A DNA stretch of 64,000 nt, taken from Treponema sp. (GTDB taxonomy: Bacteria > Spirochaetota > Spirochaetia > Treponematales > Treponemataceae). The translations under genes and the position numbers were made by a program. The DNA lies in NCBI GenBank assembly GCA_016286365.1, contig JAEESN010000008.1:24319-88318 (forward strand). The letters run 5' to 3'. This document shows positions 1 through 9,897 of this stretch, in pieces (position 1 is the first letter of the stretch; each line of letters starts with the position of its first letter). The notes beneath the pieces are model-generated. The model saw only the letters and a program-made list of their open reading frames with translations. It had not been told where the DNA came from and ran no database searches.

Positions 1-3000
1 TGTACCAGCTTTTAAAGCTTTTACTTTTCCAACACCATTTTGACCGTAAACAGTACAAACCGAAGGATCATTACTTCGCCAGTCAAAATCCCTGTTATCT
101 TCATCAGTGCCACCGATTAATTCTGCAGTAATTGAATAATATTGGTTACTTACAGTTAATAACTGGACAGAAGATGTAAGCTGAATATATGGATTCGCAG
201 CAGCTGCAATTGGGTCTACACATTGTGCAATAATAGTCAATCCATACTGACATTGACTATTTGTTACAGTTATCATTGCAGTTCCTATACTGTTTCCGGT
301 AAGAACAGCCGTTGCTCCTGAATATGTTACATCAACAACACTTGGATTACTTGAAGTCCAGGTATAACCGTCTATTACAACCGATTCAGCATTTTGAACA
401 GAAACAGATACATTTTTCCTGTTTCCTTCTCCAACTGCTACGACATTTGAACTTGTAGTAAGATATTTTATTCCGGCAAGTTCTTCTGCACTGTTTCCAA
501 CAACAATTAATACTTTTTTATCAATTTCAGATTGTGGATGGGAAATAGTTACTTCTGCCTGACCGGAAGAAACAGGTTTAATATAACAAGTTCCATTTGT
601 AGACTGTGCAGAAATTGTAGCAATATTTGTTTTATCAATACTGAATGTAAATCCGGATGTATCCTGTCCATTATAATTCATAAGCATAGCTTTTAATGAT
701 GCAACAGGATCATCTTTAAGAAACGTCATTACATCCTGACTTGAAATATAAACAACAGGAGAAGCTGCCTGGAAAATATACTCACTTCCTATTCGTACAT
801 ATATTTTTAATGTATTTTCAGATTTCGGATGACTGACGGTAATAAACGTTTCACCTTCTTTTAATCCTTTAATCTGAGCAGAAGTGCCGTTTGCATAAAC
901 AGTAGCAACAGAACTGTCATTTACAGTCCATATAATATTCGAGTATTCATTACCGCTTAAATTTACGGCACTTATGTTTACATTCTGTGTTTTACCTTTT
1001 GTATCAATAGAAACAACATTTTGAGCAGTTGTAAAATATACTGCAGGACTGATATTTATTGCTCCCTTCGGATAAATGGTAACAGTAAAAATACAGGTAG
1101 AATCTTCAACACTTGCCCTCACTTTTGTTGTTCCGGCTTTAAGTCCTTTAATTTTGCATAAAAGCGGATTATTTGTATATCTTTCAATATAGACAGTTTC
1201 CGAATTATCAACAGTCCAGTTCATTCCGGAAAAATTATATAAAGATACAATATTACCGTTTTCATCATAAGTATCAAAACCATAATAATTCAGACAAATA
1301 TCAGCTTCATCATTTACTTCAAGGTTATAATATAACTTATCTGAATAAAGGACATTAAAACTTGCAAGTTCTTCCTGTGTATCGGCAGTCAAAACTAAAA
1401 CTTTTTTAGGCACATCAGCTTTTGGATGTGTTAAAGTAAGCCAGGTAGTTTTTTTACCGCTTCCGTATGGTGGGGCAGTAATTATTGCAGAATTACCATT
1501 TGCATTAATCTGCAAAGAAGAATTATCTGAACTCCATGTAATTAAAGAATCATCAGAAGCTTTTTTATTTTCGCCGTTTAATTCAGCAGAATAATTATAT
1601 GTCTGTCCATTAAGGATGGAAATAATTCCATTTCCACCAAAGTATAACGGCTCTTCAAGTATTGCGTTTTCATTATAAACTTTTACTAATACTTCTGTCG
1701 GATATGCAACAATAGGATTAGTTAAAGTTATTACGGCAGTACCTTCTTTTTTAGGATGAATATAAGCAATACCATCACAATATGAAGAAACTGCTGCTCT
1801 TGAAGAAGAATGAATTGCAGTACCATTTGTTGTAGAAAGTTCGATTACATTATCTGTTGAACCGTCATCTGCAGTAGAAACAACATCCCATGTAAAATTA
1901 TTTACATCACCTGTACTTCCGCCTTTGAGTGATATTTTTAATTTTACAGGATCAGCACCAATTTTTGTTTTAATATAGTTCTGGTCTGTTGTAATATAAC
2001 AGGAAGCATCAATTGCATTTGATAATTGTCCGTTTACAATAATCAAACATTCGCGGGAATAAGCTGCTTTTGGATGAGAAATAATTAATTTACATGAACC
2101 ATTTTTAAGACCTTTAAGAACTACCTGATTACCAACAGAAGAATAAATCTGTGCAACATCATCTCTATCAAGTCTATAAGAATAATCATCAATATTATAT
2201 TCACCTTCTTTAACACCAATAAGTTCAGAGGTAATTATTGCAGAACCCTGACCTTCGATTGTTGTTATAGTTGAATCAGGCTGAATATAAACGTTCTTTA
2301 CGATAGAAATTACACGACAAAGAATATCCATAGGATAAATTGAATCTGGATGAGTTATTCTGATCGTGCAGCTTCCATTTGCAAGAGGTGTAATAACTGC
2401 CTGGTTATTTATAGATTCCATTCTTACAGGAGTAACCCCGTTTTCTGAATTAATAATCTGCCAGTTAAATTGGCTATCTAATGAGCCTTCTTTTCCATTT
2501 ACAAGATTACAGGTAATTGTCTGTGAGCTTGAATCCACATTCATTGTAAGAACATTGTTTGGTGTAGTTATATATGGAATATTTGTTGCATCTGCAAAAA
2601 CATAAACACCAATATAATACGGATACAATGATTTATTATGTGTTACTTTAATTCGGGTATAACCTGAATCTTTTGCAGTAATAAGACAATACTGTCCGGT
2701 AGGATTGATAGTAGCAACAGAAGGATTATCAATTGTCCAGCTATATCCTTCAATATCTGCTGCCGTTCCACCATATAAAGATACATAAACTCTTTCAGAT
2801 ACACCAGGGGAAGTAGTAAGAATAGTGGTATTAGAATAAATGTATGGTTCTACCTGTTCTTCATATCCTTGTGCATATCCTGAGACCGTAATAATACAAA
2901 CTGCGTCATAACCGTTGTAAGAACATTTAAGCTGCGTTTTACCTTCTTTAAGTCCGGTTATTGATATACCCCAACAAGAACTGGTATCACAATCAATAAT

Positions 3001-3237
3001 TGTATTATCATATTCCCAATGCAGCTTTACATTTTTCTGTTGTTCCTGTGGTTTAATGGTAACACTGATATAATCCATGCCTCCGACCTGCATATTTAAT
3101 GTAGGTTTAGACAAACCAAGATAGGTGATATCAATATTATCACCTCCACTTTCTGTAAAGGATGAAATAAGACCACATGATGAAAAACATATACAGAAAA
3201 TTAAAAACATTAAAGATAAGAAAAAATGTTTTTTCAT
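1..3237 (-). CDS. Large surface lipoprotein built from tandem bacterial Ig-like (Big_2-type) domains. The C-terminus is cut by the window edge (>=1079 aa).
   Basis: My own translation gives an open frame from ATG 3237 (GGAGG 5 nt upstream) to position 1. It is absent from the ORF track because no stop lies in the window. The N-terminus MKKHFFLSLMFLIFCICFSSCG is a signal peptide plus lipobox Cys. About 10 repeats of ~100 aa end in related strands (ITVSHPKSE, LTLTHPKAD, VTISHPQSE, LIISHPKAAY, IRITHPDSIYP, IKVTHNKSLYP). Confidence 0.8.
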   Translation of the reverse strand, partial: MKKHFFLSLMFLIFCICFSSCGLISSFTESGGDNIDITYLGLSKPTLNMQVGGMDYISVTIKPQEQQKNVKLHWEYDNTIIDCDTSSCWGISITGLKEGKTQLKCSYNGYDAVCIITVSGYAQGYEEQVEPYIYSNTTILTTSPGVSERVYVSLYGGTAADIEGYSWTIDNPSVATINPTGQYCLITAKDSGYTRIKVTHNKSLYPYYIGVYVFADATNIPYITTPNNVLTMNVDSSSQTITCNLVNGKEGSLDSQFNWQIINSENGVTPVRMESINNQAVITPLANGSCTIRITHPDSIYPMDILCRVISIVKNVYIQPDSTITTIEGQGSAIITSELIGVKEGEYNIDDYSYRLDRDDVAQIYSSVGNQVVLKGLKNGSCKLIISHPKAAYSRECLIIVNGQLSNAIDASCYITTDQNYIKTKIGADPVKLKISLKGGSTGDVNNFTWDVVSTADDGSTDNVIELSTTNGTAIHSSSRAAVSSYCDGIAYIHPKKEGTAVITLTNPIVAYPTEVLVKVYNENAILEEPLYFGGNGIISILNGQTYNYSAELNGENKKASDDSLITWSSDNSSLQINANGNSAIITAPPYGSGKKTTWLTLTHPKADVPKKVLVLTADTQEELASFNVLYSDKLYYNLEVNDEADICLNYYGFDTYDENGNIVSLYNFSGMNWTVDNSETVYIERYTNNPLLCKIKGLKAGTTKVRASVEDSTCIFTVTIYPKGAINISPAVYFTTAQNVVSIDTKGKTQNVNISAVNLSGNEYSNIIWTVNDSSVATVYANGTSAQIKGLKEGETFITVSHPKSENTLKIYVRIGSEYIFQAASPVVYISSQDVMTFLKDDPVASLKAMLMNYNGQDTSGFTFSIDKTNIATISAQSTNGTCYIKPVSSGQAEVTISHPQSEIDKKVLIVVGNSAEELAGIKYLTTSSNVVAVGEGNRKNVSVSVQNAESVVIDGYTWTSSNPSVVDVTYSGATAVLTGNSIGTAMITVTNSQCQYGLTIIAQCVDPIAAAANPYIQLTSSVQLLTVSNQYYSITAELIGGTDEDNRDFDWRSNDPSVCTVYGQNGVGKVKALKAGT

Positions 3238-3249
3238 ATTTACCTCCAT

Positions 3250-4722
3250 TTATCTTCTCTGATATTTTTTTGTAGCCTGCGGGACTTCACATGGTGGAAG
3301 CTGCAGGCTTGTATTTGTAATAATTTTAATTTCAGTTCCTTCATCAACAGTAATAGTTGGTTTAATATCTAAAGCTTTATCAAGCATTTTATTTTCAAGT
3401 TCTTTTGTCTGTGCATAAACATCTGTAACTGCATTTTCAACATAAGTATTATTTTTAATCTGTGTATTTTGATTTAATTCAGTTTCAAGAACAGAAAACA
3501 AAACAATTAAACCCATAGCTTTAAGAGTTTGCCAGGGATGGTTACTTACACTTCCTTCATATCCGGAAGCTCCCTGTTTATTTACACCAGGAAAATTTCC
3601 GATTTGCTGCCTGTAACCATCAGGTCTGATTAATAAATTCCAACCAACCTGTACAGAAGCCTGGCCGTAACTTACATCATAATTATATTCACCATACAAA
3701 ATAGTTCCTTCCGGAATTAAAAGATAACAATGATCATAACTTGAATAAACGTTTTCACTTACACGAGCTATAACTACACCTGGGTTATCTGTATTTATTG
3801 CAGTAACTAAAATAGCAGGAATAATTGTACCATCCCATAACGAATTTAAAGGAAGCCATTCTCCGGAACTTTGAGAATTAGTATTATTTCTGAAAAAGTC
3901 GTTTTTTGTACTTCCGTTTAAAGTGTTAATGCCATTACTTACCTGATTAATTCCATTTTGAATGGTTCTATTTTTTGCGTCTTGAGAAGTATCATATCTT
4001 TTATAATTAGGGTCATTAGGGTTAGCATAAGTATCATAATAACCATTTAAAGCATTGTTTATTTTTTGAATATTACTGTTTTGATTATTATCAAGACCTT
4101 TGATACCTTCAATACTACGAGGACTTCTTGAATTTCTTGTATCAGGTTTTTCTGCTTTACTTCCTGAACTTCCGACTGGTGCAACACCAGAAGGAGCTTT
4201 ATTTTGATTCTGATAACCATAAGTAGGCATTGCATATTCATCCCGGATAGTATTATCAGGATAAGCAGAAGTAATCTGATTTAATTCACTCTGGTCAGTA
4301 GTAATTTGACCATTTTCATCAAAAGAAAAACCGTCTTGAACGACAACCACAGAAGGTGGCTGCTGGAACTGGTAAGTACCTTTTGAGCCAGCTTTATCCA
4401 TTTCACTTTCTTCTGTTTTTTTCTTTCCGCCTCCCATGACAATAATAAAAAGAATAACAATTATTAAAAAAATAAAAGCAAAAATTATAATATTCATAAC
4501 ATTTAATTGTTTGCCTTCATTTTTTTCTTTTGGTGGTGGCGGTAATTCTTCCTCTTCTTCTTTTTCTATCTGGTCTTGTAAGACTTCTTTTTCATAAAAT
4601 AAATCATCTTCAGATTCAATTAATCTTTCACCTTCATCATATTCCTGATTTTCATTTAAAGAAGTTTCATCTGTTTGAGATTCAGAATAATCATTTATGT
4701 TTTCATTTTCGTTTATATCCAT
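3250..4722 (-). CDS. virB10: VirB10/TrbI-family type IV secretion protein
   Basis: Acidic N-terminus, proline stretch (LPPPPKEK) and one TM helix. The C-terminal block GTIIPAILVTAINTDNPGVVIARVSENVY...LLIPEGTILYGEY...GQASVQVGWNLLIRPDG matches the conserved VirB10/TrbI core. Confidence 0.85.
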   Translation of the reverse strand: MDINENENINDYSESQTDETSLNENQEYDEGERLIESEDDLFYEKEVLQDQIEKEEEEELPPPPKEKNEGKQLNVMNIIIFAFIFLIIVILFIIVMGGGKKKTEESEMDKAGSKGTYQFQQPPSVVVVQDGFSFDENGQITTDQSELNQITSAYPDNTIRDEYAMPTYGYQNQNKAPSGVAPVGSSGSKAEKPDTRNSRSPRSIEGIKGLDNNQNSNIQKINNALNGYYDTYANPNDPNYKRYDTSQDAKNRTIQNGINQVSNGINTLNGSTKNDFFRNNTNSQSSGEWLPLNSLWDGTIIPAILVTAINTDNPGVVIARVSENVYSSYDHCYLLIPEGTILYGEYNYDVSYGQASVQVGWNLLIRPDGYRQQIGNFPGVNKQGASGYEGSVSNHPWQTLKAMGLIVLFSVLETELNQNTQIKNNTYVENAVTDVYAQTKELENKMLDKALDIKPTITVDEGTEIKIITNTSLQLPPCEVPQATKKYQRR

Positions 4723-4725
4723 AAA

Positions 4726-5739
4726 TTATTTCTCCTTATTACGTTTTTTTTCTACAATTACCTTTTCTTTTTCAATTCGTAATGAAATTTTTGTAATAAG
4801 ACGAGGAATAATAAGTACATTATTTTTTACTTCATAATTGATGATTTCATTTTTTTCATTAAATATTACAGGAAGTTTTGTCTGTAAAACCTGTTCATCA
4901 AGCTGCACATAGGTAAAAGCACCATCATCATAAACTAAAGTTGGAACCCACATAGGTTTTTTCTTTTTATTATAACTGACAGTATAATCAAAGCTTAAAA
5001 AAGCCGGATTAGAAGTTTTTATGTATGTAGTATCTTCATTAATTTTTTCTTTAGGTTTTACATATTCATTCTGATAAAATTGATACTTAAATTTTACCAT
5101 TGCCATATATGTGTCTGAATAAGATTTTAAATTAAAATGATAAACTCTTCTGTTCGTGATAATAATAAGAGTTGAATCAAGTTTTGAATAAGCTGGTTTT
5201 ACAAAAAGATGCTGAACATCCAGGCCAGTTTCCGGATCAACACCAACGGCAGCTGCAAGCTCCCATACACTTTCATCTTCTGAAAGCATTGGTTTACCGA
5301 TAATTATTTCTCCTGGTTCAAGTATAATATCTGTTAAATGTAATGGCTGCGCATATATTTCATAAACCCAGTTCTCATTAAAACTGTAAACAAAAGTTCC
5401 TGATTTATACTGTTCAGGTTTTTGAATAGCCTCTTTTAATGATTGTACTGAAGCATCTTTACCTGTAACTTTTCCTTTATCTGTTTTACTTGCTTTTGAT
5501 TCAGGTACATATACAGGTCTTTCAACAATTACAATATTATCATTTGGTTCTTCATTATTTAAATTTTCAATTACTGTAAATTTTCCATTAACTTCATCAT
5601 TTTGAAGAAATTCTTCAACATCTTCTGTGTTTTCATCAAATGAAAAATTTTCATCATCAAGTTTCTTTTCAAGATCTTCTGTTGTATTACAACTTATAAA
5701 TAAGGTTAATATAAATAAACTAAAAATAATTTTTTTCAT
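4726..5739 (-). CDS. virB9: VirB9/TrbG (CagX-like) type IV secretion lipoprotein
   Basis: Signal peptide plus lipobox (LFISCNT). It has the VirB9-like motifs HLTDIILEPGEII and C-terminal PTLVYDDGAFTYVQL. It is tightly packed between the virB8-like and virB10-like genes. Confidence 0.75.
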   Translation of the reverse strand: MKKIIFSLFILTLFISCNTTEDLEKKLDDENFSFDENTEDVEEFLQNDEVNGKFTVIENLNNEEPNDNIVIVERPVYVPESKASKTDKGKVTGKDASVQSLKEAIQKPEQYKSGTFVYSFNENWVYEIYAQPLHLTDIILEPGEIIIGKPMLSEDESVWELAAAVGVDPETGLDVQHLFVKPAYSKLDSTLIIITNRRVYHFNLKSYSDTYMAMVKFKYQFYQNEYVKPKEKINEDTTYIKTSNPAFLSFDYTVSYNKKKKPMWVPTLVYDDGAFTYVQLDEQVLQTKLPVIFNEKNEIINYEVKNNVLIIPRLITKISLRIEKEKVIVEKKRNKEK

Positions 5740-5742
5740 AAT

Positions 5743-6441
5743 CTACTCCTTTTTGTTTTCCAAAATTTTAATATCAAAACTAATAATATAAATTCCAAGC
5801 GGATTGTCTTTTATATCTTCTTGTGGTGGATCCAGCAAACCGATTGAAGCAACAATTCTCATGTATTCTCTTTTAAGTACATTACCTTCAAGAGTTCTGG
5901 AGATAATTTGAAAATCAACCTGATAACTGTCTTTTGACAGTAAAAGTGGTTCAGTTTCAAAAACAACTTCTCTTGTTTTAGAGCCAAAATCATTATAAAT
6001 ATTTGTTTCTTTTACAAGCTGATTAAATTTTTGTGCAGTAGTAGGTGTTAAGAAGTGAAAGACTTTATTATAGTTTTTCTGCATAACTTTTATATCAGTT
6101 GATAAACCATAATATAATTCAACAAACTCTTTAATTTCATGAGCAATAGCAACTTCTGGAACAGAATAATTCTGATAATTTTTTCTTTGAACAGGCCCGA
6201 TATATCTGGTCTCTCCAAAATCATTCATTGTTACCAGCACAGGTACTGTTTCTGGCATAGAAACTGCATAAATGGTAATACCAATTGAAAGAAAAAAAGC
6301 AAGGCAGGATACAATAACAACATATCTTAAAAGCCTGTTCTCTTTCATAACTTGACCACAGATAAAATCAAAATGGTCGAGTTGAGGATACCAATTATCT
6401 TTGGAATTACTTCCTTGCGGCAAATAATTCTTATTTGGCAT
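5743..6441 (-). CDS. virB8: VirB8-like type IV secretion protein
   Basis: Short cytoplasmic N-terminus, a single TM helix (VVIVSCLAFFLSIGITIYAV) and a periplasmic domain. It ends with the NPLG motif (DNPLGIYIISF) typical of VirB8. The gene order is virB8-9-10. Confidence 0.7.
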   Translation of the reverse strand: MPNKNYLPQGSNSKDNWYPQLDHFDFICGQVMKENRLLRYVVIVSCLAFFLSIGITIYAVSMPETVPVLVTMNDFGETRYIGPVQRKNYQNYSVPEVAIAHEIKEFVELYYGLSTDIKVMQKNYNKVFHFLTPTTAQKFNQLVKETNIYNDFGSKTREVVFETEPLLLSKDSYQVDFQIISRTLEGNVLKREYMRIVASIGLLDPPQEDIKDNPLGIYIISFDIKILENKKE

Positions 6442-6517
6442 AGAACCTCCATTTCTTGGGCGGATGGAAACATTCTATTCTTTAAGATTAATATTAATAT
6501 TGTAATATTGTCAATAG

Positions 6518-7699
6518 TTAATTATGTTTGTCAAAATTTATATTTTTATTCTTCAAAGAGTTACCGGATTTCATGATAGTAATATCAGTATCTTTAATCT
6601 GTAATCCTATATTATTTTCTTTACCTTTTATTTTAATTGTTTTATCAAGTAAATCTTCTTTTTGAAGCTGATATACTGGGATATAAAACTTTTCACCTGA
6701 TTTTGTTTTTATTATAACTGCGTCATTCCAGGATTCATCTTTATCAAAATTGATTACTTTTTCAACTTTACCATATATAATTCCACCTGGATAAAGTTTT
6801 AATTCATTATCTTTAAAGTATTCTTCAAGATAAGTATTATATCTTCCGCCATACATTAAAACATTCATCCAGTTATCATTAAGCTTATAAGTTTTTTTAT
6901 CTAATTTTTGAGCAAGATTTAAATCAGCTAAAAAAAGAATTCTATTTTGAAGTTGAGGGGGGAGTTTAGAAAGAATAAAAGAATCTTTTTCATATTCAAG
7001 AAATTTCTGATCAAGTTCAGTAAAACGTTTTGCCGTAATCATATTTTGTTTTTCAAGTTCAATTTCTTTCCAGCTTCTTTCTCCAATTAAATCAGTACAG
7101 GTTGTTGATAAAAGCATTCTCATATGTTTTTTAATAAACATTTTATCAAAATAAACCTGTCTGCCATTACGGTCTATTCCGTTTATACATAGATGAGCAT
7201 GATGATGATTCGTATTAGTATGTATGGCAGCTTCCCAATATAATTTATAACCTGTGTTATATTCTACTTTTTTGATAAAATCATATACAAGAGTTTTTAA
7301 ATCTACATCCTGACTTTCAGGAGAAATAATGCATTTAAAATGAAAATCAGATTTATGTTCTTCATACTCATTTATTTCAGTACCAAATAATTCCGGTTTT
7401 TCTGTAACATCATTTTCTTCTTTTTGTACCATGTATGTATGAAGATATTTATTATGACTTTCCATAGATTTTCCAAAATGCATTTTAAACATTACTCTTT
7501 GTTTTTGAGGAAAACGTCTTTCAAAATCAGAATAAAATCTTTTTAAATTTTTTTGAATAAAACCTTTTTGAGTTTTATTTAAAGTATTTAGGAATTTTCG
7601 AAGCTGGTAATTATCATCATCATAAATAACTTTTTCCCATTTAATTTTTAATTCATCTTTTTTAATTTTATGGTTAAAAATATTATTAATATCATTCAT
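6518..7699 (-). CDS. Conjugative relaxase (MobA/VirD2-type relaxase/mobilisation nuclease domain)
   Basis: Histidine triad motif IHTNTNHHHAHLCINGIDRNG (H-x-D/N-x3-H-x-H followed by N/G), preceded by the FKCIISPES block typical of this relaxase family. It lies immediately upstream of the T4SS genes. Confidence 0.7.
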   Translation of the reverse strand: MNDINNIFNHKIKKDELKIKWEKVIYDDDNYQLRKFLNTLNKTQKGFIQKNLKRFYSDFERRFPQKQRVMFKMHFGKSMESHNKYLHTYMVQKEENDVTEKPELFGTEINEYEEHKSDFHFKCIISPESQDVDLKTLVYDFIKKVEYNTGYKLYWEAAIHTNTNHHHAHLCINGIDRNGRQVYFDKMFIKKHMRMLLSTTCTDLIGERSWKEIELEKQNMITAKRFTELDQKFLEYEKDSFILSKLPPQLQNRILFLADLNLAQKLDKKTYKLNDNWMNVLMYGGRYNTYLEEYFKDNELKLYPGGIIYGKVEKVINFDKDESWNDAVIIKTKSGEKFYIPVYQLQKEDLLDKTIKIKGKENNIGLQIKDTDITIMKSGNSLKNKNINFDKHN

Positions 7700-7701
7700 A
7701 A

Positions 7702-8256
7702 TTATTTACCTCTTTTTTTTCTTAATTTTGAAAAACCGATATGGTAAACACCATGAAAAGAAATAAGTTTTTTGTTATAGATTAAATTATAAAATTCTTC
7801 ATCTGTATCTTTTAATAAAAAACGAAAATTATAATCATCAAGTTCATTGATATAAGTTTCAGCGATAACAGGTTTTATGAATACCTGGAAATCAGAAGTT
7901 TCTTTAGTTATAAGTAAAACCCTGAAATAATATAATCGTATTTTTTCACGAATATATGAAAGATTCAGTTTATTTGATTCTTTAATTGTTGCAAATATTT
8001 TATAGCTTAACTTATAGGTGTTCTTATCTTTCTGTTTTTCAATAACCAGCTCTTTTATAAATCCGCAAAAATATTTATAGAAAAAACAGTTTTGGTTTTT
8101 ACGAACTTTATTCCAGAATAATTTGAGATTTATTAATGCATTAGGAATATCTTCATAAGAGTATTCTCCAAAAGTAAGAGTAATAACACATGATCCATTA
8201 TCATTAGTTTTTGCAGCTTCCTGGAGAGAAGCTTTCATTTTTTTTGTGTATTTCAT
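7702..8256 (-). CDS. Hypothetical protein (184 aa), possibly a relaxosome accessory or degenerate Rep-like protein
   Basis: Complete ORF, 2 nt from the relaxase start, and it overlaps the upstream ORF by 4 nt. It has an ITLTF motif resembling HUH-nuclease motif I, but I found no HUH motif. Confidence 0.5.
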   Translation of the reverse strand: MKYTKKMKASLQEAAKTNDNGSCVITLTFGEYSYEDIPNALINLKLFWNKVRKNQNCFFYKYFCGFIKELVIEKQKDKNTYKLSYKIFATIKESNKLNLSYIREKIRLYYFRVLLITKETSDFQVFIKPVIAETYINELDDYNFRFLLKDTDEEFYNLIYNKKLISFHGVYHIGFSKLRKKRGK

Positions 8257-8522
8257 ATATTTATTTTTTCCAAAAAACGTTCTGCTTCTGATACTTGTTC
8301 GTCAATCAATGGATTTGTATAATCTTCTTGATATTTGTTTATAACCTTCAATAAGTTCGATATTATTTTTTCCCCTTGTTTAAGAATTTGATTTTTTCTA
8401 TCTGTTATTTCCTCTATTGCATTTATTACAGAACATTTACTTTGAGGTATACATCTTTTCTTATTTTCACATAAAGGACAAAAATTTTTAGCAACATAAT
8501 TTTTTATATATTTTTTAGTCAT
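8253..8522 (-). CDS. Small Cys-containing protein (89 aa), hypothetical
   Basis: ORF with a CPLCENKKRCIPQSKC cluster. Its stop overlaps the next gene's start (operon packing). Confidence 0.5.
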   Translation of the reverse strand: MTKKYIKNYVAKNFCPLCENKKRCIPQSKCSVINAIEEITDRKNQILKQGEKIISNLLKVINKYQEDYTNPLIDEQVSEAERFLEKINI

Positions 8523-8556
8523 TTTTTCACTTCACTTGTTTTTTTTAAGAATTTTT

Positions 8557-8754
8557 TTAATTTACTCTTTTTTTTATTACATCTTCTGCTTTTATAATAT
8601 TTTTAATATTACAAGCAGAAGTTAAACAATCATTAAAATTTAACCTTATCAAATCATTGATAATTATTTTATCTGAATGACTTTTAAGGTGTAATTCCAT
8701 TTCTTTTTTGTTCGTTCCAAAATCTTTATGACAAACTGGACATTTAAAACCCAT
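8557..8754 (-). CDS. Small C2H2-type zinc-finger-like protein (65 aa)
   Basis: CPVCHKDF...HLKSH pattern (C-x2-C...H-x3-H). It lies in the same-strand mini-ORF array. Confidence 0.45.
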   Translation of the reverse strand: MGFKCPVCHKDFGTNKKEMELHLKSHSDKIIINDLIRLNFNDCLTSACNIKNIIKAEDVIKKRVN

Positions 8755-8760
8755 AATTCT

Positions 8761-8922
8761 TTACTCCAATTCTTCTTTGATTCTGTGAATTATTTCTGCA
8801 AAAAATAAACCTGCCAAACCACTAAAAATCATAGCCCAGGTATATTTGCCATTACTGTAATGCCAAAAAGCCATTACCAGTTCTCCTATAAATGCAAATA
8901 CATTATAGATAATTATTCCCAT
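8761..8922 (-). CDS. Small membrane protein (53 aa), below the ORF-track cutoff
   Basis: My translation is MGIIIYNVFAFIGELVMAFWHYSNGKYTWAMIFSGLAGLFFAEIIHRIKEELE*. There are two hydrophobic segments, and an AAGGAG lies 8 nt upstream of the ATG. Confidence 0.45.
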   Translation of the reverse strand: MGIIIYNVFAFIGELVMAFWHYSNGKYTWAMIFSGLAGLFFAEIIHRIKEELE

Positions 8923-9012
8923 AATTTTTTACTCCTTTATCTTTCTTAATAATTCTAAAAAATCCGTTGTGTGTTTCAAACTCTTTTTTTTACACAAATC
9001 ATTTTTATCCCC

Positions 9013-9192
9013 CTATATGAAAATTAATTCATACATCATCATTGTTTTTTTGTCTTTGCAAGTTTTTACCTTGCATTGAATGATACTAACTTTTTTATCG
9101 TCATATTTCGGACAGGAACTATTTAACGAATAAAAAATGTTACTTAAATAATCACAACAGATTATAAATGAACCGCAAACTGTCTTTGTCAT
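9013..9192 (-). CDS. Small Cys-rich protein (59 aa), below the ORF-track cutoff
   Basis: My translation is MTKTVCGSFIICCDYLSNIFYSLNSSCPKYDDKKVSIIQCKVKTCKDKKTMMMYELIFI*. The ATG directly abuts the stop of the upstream ORF (9193). Confidence 0.4.
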   Translation of the reverse strand: MTKTVCGSFIICCDYLSNIFYSLNSSCPKYDDKKVSIIQCKVKTCKDKKTMMMYELIFI

Positions 9193-9462
9193 TTATTCCC
9201 CCATTAAATTAAACAATTGGAATATAAAAATCCCAACCACAGCAACGATTGATAACACTCCGACAACAAGCTTTATATATGACATTTTGAAATTACATTT
9301 ATCAGTATCGATAATCTCATAGCATGATTTGTAATTAAGTTCTCCACTTACTCGATCTTCCGTTTCTGTAAGACCACAATCATATTTTGCAACATCTTCG
9401 TAAAAATGTATTACACAATGAACACAATCTCTACAGCACTTCTTTTCTTCTTCTTTATTCAT
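9193..9462 (-). CDS. Small Cys-rich protein with a C-terminal TM anchor (89 aa)
   Basis: CCRDCVHCVIH...C...C cluster followed by the hydrophobic tail LVVGVLSIVAVVGIFIFQLF. Confidence 0.5.
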   Translation of the reverse strand: MNKEEEKKCCRDCVHCVIHFYEDVAKYDCGLTETEDRVSGELNYKSCYEIIDTDKCNFKMSYIKLVVGVLSIVAVVGIFIFQLFNLMGE

Positions 9463-9475
9463 TTTCTTTTATCTC

Positions 9476-9733
9476 CTATCCAAAGAATTGCCAGTAGCCA
9501 CAATCACAACATCCTATTATGTTTGACGGCATGCCTAAAGAAAATCTCCAAAGGCGGTCATGCTTGCATTTATGCATCTTTTCGGTTGCTTCTTCATCTT
9601 CTTTATTGTTATCAAATCCACCTAGTTTAATTTGCAATGCATCTTCCTGGGCTTGCTGTACAAGCTCATCAGATGGCACAAATTCATGTGATACACTCAT
9701 GTCAAAAGGTTCATCAGATTTATGTATTATCAT
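9476..9733 (-). CDS. Small hypothetical protein (85 aa) with a C-terminal CCDCGYW Cys cluster
   Basis: Complete ORF. Its start overlaps the stop of the upstream mini-ORF (ATGA). Confidence 0.45.
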   Translation of the reverse strand: MIIHKSDEPFDMSVSHEFVPSDELVQQAQEDALQIKLGGFDNNKEDEEATEKMHKCKHDRLWRFSLGMPSNIIGCCDCGYWQFFG

Positions 9734-9897
9734 TGTTCCACCTCACTTACTAACTCTTCCTTGTCAATTTCTATGAACATCTTCCAAGTTTCAATTATCC
9801 CTCTAACTCCACCAACAATAAAAGTTATAGGCATAGTTATGAAATAAACAGGGAAAATAATACATTTAGTAATTATTATCTTTGTTCTTACTGTCAT
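9730..9897 (-). CDS. Small membrane protein (55 aa), below the ORF-track cutoff
   Basis: My translation is MTVRTKIIITKCIIFPVYFITMPITFIVGGVRGIIETWKMFIEIDKEELVSEVEQ*. AGGAGA lies upstream. The start lies inside the 3' end of the preceding ORF, and the stop overlaps the next start. Confidence 0.35.
   Translation of the reverse strand: MTVRTKIIITKCIIFPVYFITMPITFIVGGVRGIIETWKMFIEIDKEELVSEVEQ

Noticed and set aside
9406-9776. Plus-strand ORFs (74 and 85 aa) opposite the mini-ORF array
   Set aside because: They are shadow ORFs antisense to the tightly packed, RBS-preceded minus-strand genes.
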